34,734 nucleotides of DNA from a virus (taxonomy: Duplodnaviria; Caudoviricetes): the IMG/VR virus record IMGVR_UViG_3300032237_001402, positions 1-34,734 of that record, one strand, 5' to 3'. Of the stretch, positions 27,046 to 34,734 are shown in pieces. Below the pieces are notes generated by a model. It was not told where the DNA came from, searched no databases, and was given only the letters and a program-made list of their open reading frames with translations. The position numbers and the translations under genes were made by a program. How positions within the stretch are numbered: position 1 is the stretch's first letter; every line of letters starts with the position of its first letter.

Positions 27046-27197
27046 CTTACATAGTGTTAACAATACGTTTGCAAATAAATATTACAAAGTGTTTGATAAT
27101 CTTACAAATTGTATTTATCATTGCATTGTGATTCGGTTGTAAATCAAAAGTACACAAATAATTCACAAATAGAACAAAAGTAAAACACATTAACAAA
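27046..27197. promoter_or_regulatory. Lysis/lysogeny switch region with promoters and operator repeats
   Basis: TTTG (27092) N20 TATCATTG (27116) rightward; TACTTTTG on the minus strand at 27145 and 27175; TTACAWAKTGT at 27047, 27082, 27102. Confidence 0.65.
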
Positions 27198-27410
27198 ATG
27201 AGCCACTTACAAAAATTGAATGATGAGTTGAAAAAGTTGAAAAAGGACGTGACAGGAAAAGACAAAAAAGAGTGCGAGCGAAAGCTGGATGTCCACCACA
27301 ACACAATTTACAATTACCTGAATGGCGATGGGAAGGATGCCGATTTAGCAACCAAAATGATTGCTTTTTATCGAAAGCAAATTGACAAAAGAAATTCAAT
27401 AATAGCCTAA
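27198..27410 (+). CDS. Cro-like HTH protein (70 aa)
   Basis: Divergent from cI; KKECERKLDVHHNTIYNYLNG HTH. Confidence 0.8.
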   Translation: MSHLQKLNDELKKLKKDVTGKDKKECERKLDVHHNTIYNYLNGDGKDADLATKMIAFYRKQIDKRNSIIA

Positions 27411-27435
27411 CCTCTGTTTTTGGTTTTTAATGATG

Positions 27436-27481
27436 AAAGGTCGGGAGGTAGTAAAGTAGGGTTTGTTGCCTCCCACCTTTT
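27436..27481 (+). terminator. Hairpin/terminator after cro (tR1-like)
   Basis: AAAGGTCGGGAGGTAGTAAA pairs with TTTGTTGCCTCCCACCTTT. Confidence 0.55.
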
Positions 27482-27499
27482 AAAAACAAATTGATTCAA

Positions 27500-27727
27500 A
27501 TGCAAATAACCTGGCAACAAATAAACGAGATCGCTGAACTAGCCGCAACCAAAGCGGTTGAGAAGTACAAAGCCGAAGAAGCGCCTTTGTTGTTCAGAAC
27601 AAAAACAGGACTAGCAAAGCATTTGAAGTGCGACAGGCGAACCATTTACGCCATGATTGAACGAGACGAAGTAGTTATTACCCAAGACGGACGATATAAA
27701 ATAAACTCATCAAAACCCACAAAATAA
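27500..27727 (+). CDS. Excisionase-like winged-HTH protein
   Basis: TKTGLAKHLKCDRRTIYAMIERDEV...GRYKI. Confidence 0.65.
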   Translation: MQITWQQINEIAELAATKAVEKYKAEEAPLLFRTKTGLAKHLKCDRRTIYAMIERDEVVITQDGRYKINSSKPTK

Positions 27728-27736
27728 AAGCATCTC

Positions 27737-27952
27737 ATGGAAACAAATAAACACATCGGAAAGTATGTACAAATTGATTTCAGCTTAATCCCACGATGGG
27801 GTGTTATCAAGATCAATATAGAGTTACAAGAATCAATGTTGAACAAAGAACTACAGCGAGAAGATAAGAACGCATACATCATTAGTCAATGCCGCTCAGC
27901 CATCCACTACAAAAACGAAGAGCTTAAATTATACACTCACCTTTTTAATTAA
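27737..27952 (+). CDS. Hypothetical protein (71 aa)
   Basis: Packed co-oriented early ORF. Confidence 0.65.
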   Translation: METNKHIGKYVQIDFSLIPRWGVIKINIELQESMLNKELQREDKNAYIISQCRSAIHYKNEELKLYTHLFN

Positions 27953-27957
27953 ACACC

Positions 27958-28110
27958 ATGGAACAATCTCTATCCTCAGCATTACTGCTATTAATAATCA
28001 TCGGCATAGTAGCACTTATCCTTCTAGTATGTAAACTCAGCTACCAAGCAGGCTACATGACAGCCGTTGAAGAAAGATTCGAAGAAACAGATCACAATCA
28101 AGACTATTAA
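27958..28110 (+). CDS. Small membrane protein (50 aa), not in the ORF track
   Basis: MEQSLSSALLLLIIIGIVALILLVCKLSYQAGY...; fills the gap between neighbours. Confidence 0.65.
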   Translation: MEQSLSSALLLLIIIGIVALILLVCKLSYQAGYMTAVEERFEETDHNQDY

Positions 28111-28113
28111 AAT

Positions 28114-28350
28114 ATGCAACTCATCAATCAAACACTAGCAACAACAACAGATCAGATAAAAGAATTGGTGCAGCATTGTATCATTCACGAAATCGAAGGA
28201 CCTGTAAACCTTACGTTCCAAAATAATGGTGATGTTCATGTTTGGCAGCCAGATAATATGCCTATTGCCGAATCTGTAGCCCCCACATATAATTCGCTCG
28301 TTGGAAGACTTATTTCTGAACCTACTCAATCCATTGATATCCCCGAATAA
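28114..28350 (+). CDS. Hypothetical protein (78 aa)
   Basis: Packed co-oriented early ORF. Confidence 0.65.
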   Translation: MQLINQTLATTTDQIKELVQHCIIHEIEGPVNLTFQNNGDVHVWQPDNMPIAESVAPTYNSLVGRLISEPTQSIDIPE

Positions 28351-28378
28351 AAAAAGCGGAGTACCCAGCTCCGCTCTT
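28349..28378. terminator. Hairpin with T-tract on the minus strand
   Basis: AAAAAAAGCGGAG-TACCCAG-CTCCGCTCTT. Confidence 0.5.
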
Positions 28379-28405
28379 CATAAAAAATTACCAATACCAA
28401 TTAAG

Positions 28406-28705
28406 ATGCCAAAATTAAATCACAAAAAATTAAGTTTCAAAGAAACTTTTCGAGGCTTCCACCTCCGTATCGAATTTGATTGCATACCCCTGCATGACAA
28501 CCCGATCTGCATACATGATTACAATATCATGGATGCCAATATCCTAACCGCCGACGACAACATCGACTTGCGCCTCATCGTAGCTGCGTATGAAGCCATC
28601 TGCTTTGATGTTGAACGCGCGGTGCTTAAGAAAGCTCATGGCTTATACATGGATGAGCTGAAACGAGAAAAACAATATTCTTCACAACTTCAACACCAAG
28701 ACTAA
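28406..28705 (+). CDS. Hypothetical protein (99 aa)
   Basis: Start moved to ATG 28406 (MPKLNHKK) to avoid overlapping the upstream gene and hairpin. Confidence 0.65.
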   Translation: MPKLNHKKLSFKETFRGFHLRIEFDCIPLHDNPICIHDYNIMDANILTADDNIDLRLIVAAYEAICFDVERAVLKKAHGLYMDELKREKQYSSQLQHQD

Positions 28706-28709
28706 TATC

Positions 28710-30680
28710 ATGCAAATCAAAATACGCAAAATCAAACTGACTAATTTTAAGGGGATCCGTTCGATGGAGATTTCCTTTAATCAATTAACCAATATCTATG
28801 GCGAAAATGCTGCAGGTAAAACAAGCATATTCGATGCCTTCACATGGTGCTTATTCGGAAAGGATTCGTGCGACAGAAAAGACTTCGAGGTGAAGACATT
28901 GGATGCTAACAACCAAGTAATACCTCAGATCGAACACGAAGTTGAAGTTGAACTACAGGTTGAGCTGCAGGTAATAAACCTCAAAAGAATTCTTCGCGAA
29001 AAGTGGACCAAGAAACGCGGTGCACCCACAGCAGAGTTTACAGGCAATGAGAATGTATTCTTTTGGAATGATGTTCCTTTGAACGCAGGAGAATTCCAAG
29101 CCAAGGTTTCGGGCATAGTAGACGAGAGTCTTTTTAAACTGATCACCAACCCACTTTATTTCAATACCAATATGAAGTGGCAAGATCGCAGATCAGTACT
29201 TTTTTCAATGGCCAATACGATAGATGAAGCTTCGATATTCGGTAAAATAGCAACACCGGATAATCAACAAATGATTGATGACATACGTACAATGCTCAAT
29301 CAAGGTAAATCGATCCTGGAGTACAAAAAAGAAATCGCTTCTAAAAAGAAGAATTTAAAAGAAGCGCTTGATGCCATCCCTACCCGAGTTGATGAGGCGA
29401 ACAGATCCATGCCACAACCGGAAGATTACGCTGCCATCGAGCAAAAGATTCAATACTTCAAAGATCAGATCAAAATCATCGATGATAAGAAGGATGATAT
29501 TACCAAGGCGCATACTGAAGCCAATCAGTCCATACTTGACAAGCAGAATGAGTTGAACGCCATGAAATCAAAAGTTCAACAACTCAGATATGAATTATCT
29601 AATTCCAATACAAGTGCCATCAATACACTTAAGCAACAGATTCAAGAATTGGAATATGCAATATCCGGAGCCAAAGGATCTATTCAAAGAAATGAAAATT
29701 CGATCCACGAAAACCATCAACAGATTTCACAGTTAGAAATTGAAAATACGAATCTGCGTAATCGATGGAATACTATCAACGAGCAGGAATTTACAATGGC
29801 CGATGATAAGACCGTATGCCCTTCTTGTTTGCGCAAATTGGATGAAAATAAAATATTTGACATTGAGCAAGAACTTAGAAACAACTTCAATGCATCAAAG
29901 ACTGCGCAACTAGATCAGATCTCTACGTCCGGGAAGTACAATGCCGGCATCATAGAAAAAAGAAAAGCAGATTCAGCACAGTGTAACGACGCTATTTCGA
30001 AGTTGAATTCTAGTATTGAGGCAAATGAAACGGCTATCAGAATTAAACGTGGCGAGCTTTCCAATCTTCAAAACAATATACCACAACCTACTCAGGAAAT
30101 ATTAGACCTTGAGAACAAGATTAGCACATTTGTTATTCCTGAAGCAACAACAAAAACCGATTTCACAGAACTTAATAATCAGCGAGCACAATGTCAATCA
30201 GAAATTGATGAACTAAACAAGAAGCTTGCCGGTAAATCTTTAATCGATACCATCAAGCAAAGAATTGATGAGCTCAATAAACAAGAGGCTAATTACGCTC
30301 AACAACTTGCCGATTTGGAGGGGCAAGAATTTGTGCTTGATTCATTCAACAAGATGAAAATTGATAGCATGGTTGAGTCTGTGAATAGTAAGTTCTCAAT
30401 CATCAAATTCAAATTATTCGAATCTCAAATCAACGGTGGCGAGGTTGAGTGTTGCGAGGCTCTCGTGAATACGAATGGCGCCTGGGTACCATACTCATCG
30501 GCAAATACAGCCGGACAGATTGTAGCCGGTATTGATGTCATAAATACATTATGCCGCCACCATCAGGTGTATGCTCCAATCTTCATCGATAACAGAGAGT
30601 CAGTGAATGAACTGATCCCATGTGAAAGCCAAATCATCAACCTCATCGTATCTACCGACAAACAATTACGCATTAATTAA
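28710..30680 (+). CDS. SbcC/Rad50-like coiled-coil ATPase (656 aa)
   Basis: LTNFKG, Walker A GENAAGKT, long coiled coil with zinc-hook CPSC, C-terminal PIFIDNRE. Confidence 0.88.
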   Translation: MQIKIRKIKLTNFKGIRSMEISFNQLTNIYGENAAGKTSIFDAFTWCLFGKDSCDRKDFEVKTLDANNQVIPQIEHEVEVELQVELQVINLKRILREKWTKKRGAPTAEFTGNENVFFWNDVPLNAGEFQAKVSGIVDESLFKLITNPLYFNTNMKWQDRRSVLFSMANTIDEASIFGKIATPDNQQMIDDIRTMLNQGKSILEYKKEIASKKKNLKEALDAIPTRVDEANRSMPQPEDYAAIEQKIQYFKDQIKIIDDKKDDITKAHTEANQSILDKQNELNAMKSKVQQLRYELSNSNTSAINTLKQQIQELEYAISGAKGSIQRNENSIHENHQQISQLEIENTNLRNRWNTINEQEFTMADDKTVCPSCLRKLDENKIFDIEQELRNNFNASKTAQLDQISTSGKYNAGIIEKRKADSAQCNDAISKLNSSIEANETAIRIKRGELSNLQNNIPQPTQEILDLENKISTFVIPEATTKTDFTELNNQRAQCQSEIDELNKKLAGKSLIDTIKQRIDELNKQEANYAQQLADLEGQEFVLDSFNKMKIDSMVESVNSKFSIIKFKLFESQINGGEVECCEALVNTNGAWVPYSSANTAGQIVAGIDVINTLCRHHQVYAPIFIDNRESVNELIPCESQIINLIVSTDKQLRIN

Positions 30681-30700
30681 TAAAAACCAATACTAGAATT

Positions 30701-31606
30701 ATGACAAATGTAGCAGCGCCGGTGCAACCGGCACAAAACCAAGCAGTACAGGCTCCTCAACAACGCGAGTTAGTGGATGGAGTACTTTCAAGAATATCTT
30801 CATTTCAAACTACCGGAGACTTAAAGCTTCCAAAAGATTACAGCGCTGAGAACTCGGTACGGGCCGCATGGCTCATCCTTCAGGAAACAACAGCCAAGCA
30901 GGGCAATGACTACTTGCCAGTGCTACAAGTGTGCACCCAGCAATCAATTGCAAATGCACTCCTAAAAATGGTACTGCAGGGATTGAATCCAAACAAACGT
31001 CAATGTTCATTCATTGCCTATGGTAACAAACTGACCCTTCAACGTGAGTATGCCGGTTCCATAGCTATCGCCAAGCGAAACGGAATGAAAAATATATCTG
31101 CAAATGTGGTTTATGAAGGAGACGAATTTGAATTTATTATGGATGTGGAATCGGGTCTAAAAAAGATTACGAAGCATGTTCAATCACTTACGACCATGGC
31201 AAGTGGTAAGATCGTCGGGGCCTATGCTTATGTGGAGATGGAAGACGGACGTAAATCGGTTGAGGTGATGACCATGGCACAAGTACAAGCAGCCTGGAAC
31301 CAAGGACCAAACAAAGGACAATCACCGGCTCATAAGAATTTCCCTGATCAGATGGCTATGAAGACAGTTATTAATCGAGCTGTGAAAATATTGATCAACT
31401 CATCAGATGATAGTGATTTGTTTACCGATGAGGATGAAAATACCACTGTTGATGCTAAAGCAGAAGTGGTTCGCCAGGAGATTATTGAACACGCGAATAA
31501 AGTAGAAATTGGATTTGAGCCGGAACAACAAGCAGAGATCAATTCGAATCCTGTTACAACCGATACAGTTAAAGTAGAAGAACAAACTAAAGGTCCAAAT
31601 TTCTAA
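30701..31606 (+). CDS. recT: RecT-family single-strand annealing protein
   Basis: GLNP...IAYG...YAG, VYEGDEF, IVGAYA, MAMKTVINRAVK motifs. Confidence 0.9.
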   Translation: MTNVAAPVQPAQNQAVQAPQQRELVDGVLSRISSFQTTGDLKLPKDYSAENSVRAAWLILQETTAKQGNDYLPVLQVCTQQSIANALLKMVLQGLNPNKRQCSFIAYGNKLTLQREYAGSIAIAKRNGMKNISANVVYEGDEFEFIMDVESGLKKITKHVQSLTTMASGKIVGAYAYVEMEDGRKSVEVMTMAQVQAAWNQGPNKGQSPAHKNFPDQMAMKTVINRAVKILINSSDDSDLFTDEDENTTVDAKAEVVRQEIIEHANKVEIGFEPEQQAEINSNPVTTDTVKVEEQTKGPNF

Positions 31607-32349
31607 TGAAACTCAAAGTACTAGGCAGCTCATCCAAAGGCAATTGTTACATTCTTGAGAATGATAGTGAAGCGCTCATTATTGAGTGTGGTGTGAAGTT
31701 CGATAAGGTGAAGCAAGCCTTAAATTATAATCTACGCAAAGTGGTGGGCTGCCTATTAACGCATGAGCATGGTGATCATTCAGACTATACGATAGATTTT
31801 ATGAAGGCCGGAATCAATGTATGGTCCTCACAAAAAACACATACTGCAATAGAGTGTATAAATCATCATAGAGCATCAATCTTAGAAGCTGGTCATTGTC
31901 GGTTAATGGGTGGATTTTCGGTGAAAGCATTTGATGTACAACATGATGCTGCATCACCTCTTGGGTTTCTGATTAACCACAACGACACAGGAAATGTTTT
32001 ATTTCTTACAGATTCATTCTATTGTAAATACACTTTTCGTCATCTCAACAACATTATCGTTGAGACCAACTACTCAAAAGAAATCATCGAGAAGAAACGT
32101 TCACAAGGGTATTTACCACAATTCCTGAACGATCGCATCATCAAGTCGCACATGAGCCTGGAGACGTGCAAGGAATTGTTAGAGGCAAACGATTTAAGTC
32201 AAGTAAACAATATCGTGCTTATTCATCTGAGTGATGGCAATTCAGATGCTGCGCACTTTCAAGAAGAAATTAAAAACCTAACCGGTAAAACTGTACATGT
32301 TGCAGATGCAGGAGTGGTTATTGAAAACTTTGGAAAGACACCTTTCTAA
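31606..32349 (+). CDS. MBL-fold metallo-hydrolase (probable exonuclease)
   Basis: LGSSSKGN, THEHGDH, HD, ETNY, HLS motifs; coupled to recT. Confidence 0.9.
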   Translation: MKLKVLGSSSKGNCYILENDSEALIIECGVKFDKVKQALNYNLRKVVGCLLTHEHGDHSDYTIDFMKAGINVWSSQKTHTAIECINHHRASILEAGHCRLMGGFSVKAFDVQHDAASPLGFLINHNDTGNVLFLTDSFYCKYTFRHLNNIIVETNYSKEIIEKKRSQGYLPQFLNDRIIKSHMSLETCKELLEANDLSQVNNIVLIHLSDGNSDAAHFQEEIKNLTGKTVHVADAGVVIENFGKTPF

Positions 32350-32427
32350 AACGGCCAAGCGGAATCTTGGATTAGATCTTAATTAATGTTAATGAATGAG
32401 GGAGCAGATTAGAGGCTGCTCCCAACT

Positions 32428-32564
32428 CGGGAAGTGGCGGAATTGGAAAGACGCTCAAGAATGGTGATGTAAATCGGATAGATGTGGCCTTGGAAGATAT
32501 AGCAGCCATTTGAGATAAATAAACAGACCACGATGTTTTGCAGGTTCGAATCCTGCCTTCCCGA
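32428..32564 (+). tRNA. Atypical tRNA-like gene (137 nt) with no assignable anticodon
   Basis: Acceptor CGGGAAG/CTTCCCG plus discriminator A; D-arm TGGCGGAATTGGAAAGACGC; T-arm GCAGG-TTCGAAT-CCTGC; 85 nt between the D and T arms. Confidence 0.75.
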
Positions 32565-32582
32565 CAACCTTTTATAATGGAT

Positions 32583-32745
32583 CCCGAATTGAGTTCGGGT
32601 AGGTGATACCACCGAGAGAACCGATTGCACGAAGGTATCAAATGCAATCTCCTTCAAGCTGCTTGGTAGACAGCGAAGATGACAGAGATAAGGATTACAC
32701 AATTGAGTGACAAGTTACCTGACAGGCTGGAAAGACAGCCATTTT
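32583..32745 (+). ncRNA. Putative structured RNA downstream of the tRNA-like gene
   Basis: Hairpin CCCGAA/TTCGGG, crossing helices TGATACC/GGTATCA and GATTGCA/TGCAATC, hairpins GCTG/CAGC and GGCTG-GAAAGA-CAGCC. Confidence 0.45.
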
Positions 32746-32775
32746 AAAAAGTAACCAGTAAATTATATATACAAC

Positions 32776-33021
32776 ATGAGCGGAAAAATATTAAAAAAAC
32801 TATGGGCAGTAGCTAAAAACTGCGGAGCGTTTACATTCTCCTTTTGGATTCTTGAAACATTATTCTTTTTAGTAACAGACGGATGGCATTGGAAGGCTTG
32901 TAATGTATATGAAGAAAGATGCGATACGATTGTGGTAACATTTGGATTTATAACTTTCCTTATCACCCTTTTTGTTATTACCGAAATAACATCCTTGATT
33001 CTTGACGAAATAGATGAATAG
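32776..33021 (+). CDS. Membrane protein (2 TM, 81 aa)
   Basis: Two hydrophobic segments around GWHWKAC...ERC. Confidence 0.7.
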   Translation: MSGKILKKLWAVAKNCGAFTFSFWILETLFFLVTDGWHWKACNVYEERCDTIVVTFGFITFLITLFVITEITSLILDEIDE

Positions 33022-33286
33022 GACACTTTTATTAAATCACCCAAAAAATAAACCAATGACACAAGATCAAAAAGACTACATCACGGCTAACTCAGCCACA
33101 ATCGACATCAATACAATGGCAGTTCATTTAAAGATTCGATACTTCGCTGTATGGGAGTACTGCAATCGACACGGATTACCAACCGTAAAAAGCCCCCGAT
33201 CAAACCGAACACGAACCAAAACAGCTCCTCAACGCATTGCAGAAGGATGCTTTAACGTAAACAAATTTTCTAATTGGGTATTATAA
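33014..33286 (+). CDS. Small HTH-like protein (start may be 33056)
   Basis: INTMAVHLKIRYFAVWEYCNRHGL resembles an HTH. Confidence 0.55.
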   Translation: MNRTLLLNHPKNKPMTQDQKDYITANSATIDINTMAVHLKIRYFAVWEYCNRHGLPTVKSPRSNRTRTKTAPQRIAEGCFNVNKFSNWVL

Positions 33287-33295
33287 AAATAAATC

Positions 33296-34734
33296 ATGAG
33301 CAAAGCTAAAAAACAACAACAAGCAAGCAAGATTGTCGATATCGAAGTGTTATTCATATCAAAATCAAAAACCAATCCGCGTAAATCATTCGATAAAGAA
33401 TCGATACAAGAGCTCGCAGATTCAATGAATCAGTTTGGGTTACTTCAACCCATCACTGTGCGACCTGATGGTGATTGTTTTGAACTGGTAGCCGGTGAGC
33501 GAAGACTTCGAGCTGCCGAGTTATTAAAATGGGAACGCATACCATCCATCGTTCGAAATGTGAGTGATGATGAGGTACTTGAAATTCAGATCCTCGAAAA
33601 CTTACAGCGCGAAGATGTCAGCCCGATGGATGAGGCAAATGCCTTCCATTCATTACTGAAGAAAGAATCTTTGGACTGGCTCACATCACGAATTCATAAA
33701 TCAAAGAAGTATGTCAGTGATCGACTGAAGCTCACAAACTTAAATAAAGTTGGGCAAGAATTATTATCAATGAATCGACTACCCCTTTCTCATGCCGTTC
33801 TCATTAGTAAACTGGATCCGGCAGAGCAGATTAAAGCCCTTGATAATTGTTTCCCATACGTTGGGTTTGAGGATGATGATACCAATTCTTTTGACGAAGA
33901 TGATATCTGCAAATGCACCTATGATGACCTGAAGGAATTTATTGATGATTCATTCATCTATTTGGCAAAGGCGCCATTTAATACGGAGGATACATTATTG
34001 AATCAAGATGCCGGAGCTTGCACCGATTGCCCTTTTAGAACTACCAATCAACAGCTACTTTTCAATGATATCACCGAAGAAGATAAGTGTACCAAAAAAT
34101 CGTGCTTTGATCAGAAAACAAAGGCTCATATTGAGCAGAGACTAAAATTTGCGAAGAATCTTTATAAGGATGCCAAGCTAGCCACCATTGATTTTAATGG
34201 CTCTGTAAAAGTTGGAGGCCAAACAATACGACAATATGAAACAGATCCCGGTAAGGACCTAACACCTGTTATTATCAACAAGGTTGATAGATTTGGCAGA
34301 AACGAAGATCTTGGGAAAGTGGTGTACGTGAATTTGAAAGAGAAGGAGCAAACTGCAGTAAAAAATAATCGAAGAGAAGAAGATCATTCGAAGCAAGCTG
34401 CTGAAGATTATAACAAGAACATTGTTCCAAGATTAACTGCCTATTTAAAGCATGTAAAGCCTAAATCACATCTGCTTGAAGATGATGCGCTGAGAATGGT
34501 TCTTGCAAAAAATCTTATGATGGAGAATATCGATCACCTGGTTGCATGTGCTAATCATTTGAATATTGAAGTGGGCGTTCAGAATCAAGATGTTTATGCC
34601 CTCACGCAAAAAATGAATTATGACGCTCGCCAAGTGATGAAAAAGGAAGTAATAACAAAACTTCTTGCAGATTTGGATGTGAAGATGCTTGTACAAGTTT
34701 ATCTGATTTGCACGACCATTGATGAATATGATGA
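33296..34734 (+). CDS. ParB/RepB/Spo0J-family protein, truncated by the window end (not in the ORF track)
   Basis: NPRKSF, GLLQPITVR, AGERRLRA, ENLQRED motifs; later CTDC...CTKKSC; frame reads open at the window end. Confidence 0.9.
   Translation, partial: MSKAKKQQQASKIVDIEVLFISKSKTNPRKSFDKESIQELADSMNQFGLLQPITVRPDGDCFELVAGERRLRAAELLKWERIPSIVRNVSDDEVLEIQILENLQREDVSPMDEANAFHSLLKKESLDWLTSRIHKSKKYVSDRLKLTNLNKVGQELLSMNRLPLSHAVLISKLDPAEQIKALDNCFPYVGFEDDDTNSFDEDDICKCTYDDLKEFIDDSFIYLAKAPFNTEDTLLNQDAGACTDCPFRTTNQQLLFNDITEEDKCTKKSCFDQKTKAHIEQRLKFAKNLYKDAKLATIDFNGSVKVGGQTIRQYETDPGKDLTPVIINKVDRFGRNEDLGKVVYVNLKEKEQTAVKNNRREEDHSKQAAEDYNKNIVPRLTAYLKHVKPKSHLLEDDALRMVLAKNLMMENIDHLVACANHLNIEVGVQNQDVYALTQKMNYDARQVMKKEVITKLLADLDVKMLVQVYLICTTIDEYD

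Larger units (their letters stand above)
1..34734. mobile_element. Temperate tailed bacteriophage genome segment (Bacteroidota host), apparently unintegrated
   Basis: Terminase, portal, capsid, tape measure, integrase, cI/cro and RecT genes; no host housekeeping genes; attP-like site flanked by phage genes on both sides. Confidence 0.95.

Noticed and set aside
2556-31585. Many 60-141 aa ORFs nested in or antisense to long genes (e.g. 4729..5154, 10878..11285, 18739..19143)
   Set aside because: Shadow frames of well-supported genes; no initiation context or motifs
32428-32564. tmRNA or group I intron-containing tRNA-Leu
   Set aside because: Too short for either; no G3-U70 pair, no tag ORF and no group I core sequences
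32565-32650. HDV-like (theta) ribozyme or SAM-II riboswitch after the tRNA-like gene
   Set aside because: No room for P3/L3 between the crossing helices and no start at the tRNA 3' end; lacks the U-rich L1 of SAM-II despite the similar AACCGATTGCA
32372-32702. Minus-strand ORFs of 91 and 97 aa
   Set aside because: Antisense to the tRNA-like and structured region, against operon direction, with no protein-like features

Overview
The whole window is part of a temperate tailed phage (probably siphovirus-like) of a Bacteroidota host. The host call rests on TTTG-N18-20-TAnnTTTG promoters, A-rich leaders without Shine-Dalgarno sequences and signal peptides that cleave before Gln. Left to right: a two-gene accessory cassette, a divergent secreted protein, terS-terL, a tail block placed unusually before the portal (tail-assembly chaperone with a -1 frameshift signal, lipoprotein, tape measure, tail-tip proteins, probable tail tube), portal with a DnaJ-type Zn finger, head genes, neck/fibre-like genes, two holin-like genes (no endolysin seen), an intact attP with a tRNA 3'-end core, tyrosine integrase, cI/cro switch, xis, an SbcC-like ATPase/RecT/MBL trio, a ~400-nt structured non-coding region with an aberrant 137-nt tRNA-like gene, and a ParB-family gene running off the end. 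Phage genes flank attP on both sides, so this looks like the excised or virion form. Most notable: the tRNA-like RNA with an expanded anticodon arm and adjacent structures; Cys-rich virion proteins together with signal-peptide proteins and a CxxC membrane protein in the morphogenesis region; a 19-bp palindrome marking late-module boundaries; a hairpin-stimulated frameshift; and two paralogous lipoproteins. All product calls come from motif recognition by eye, not database searches.
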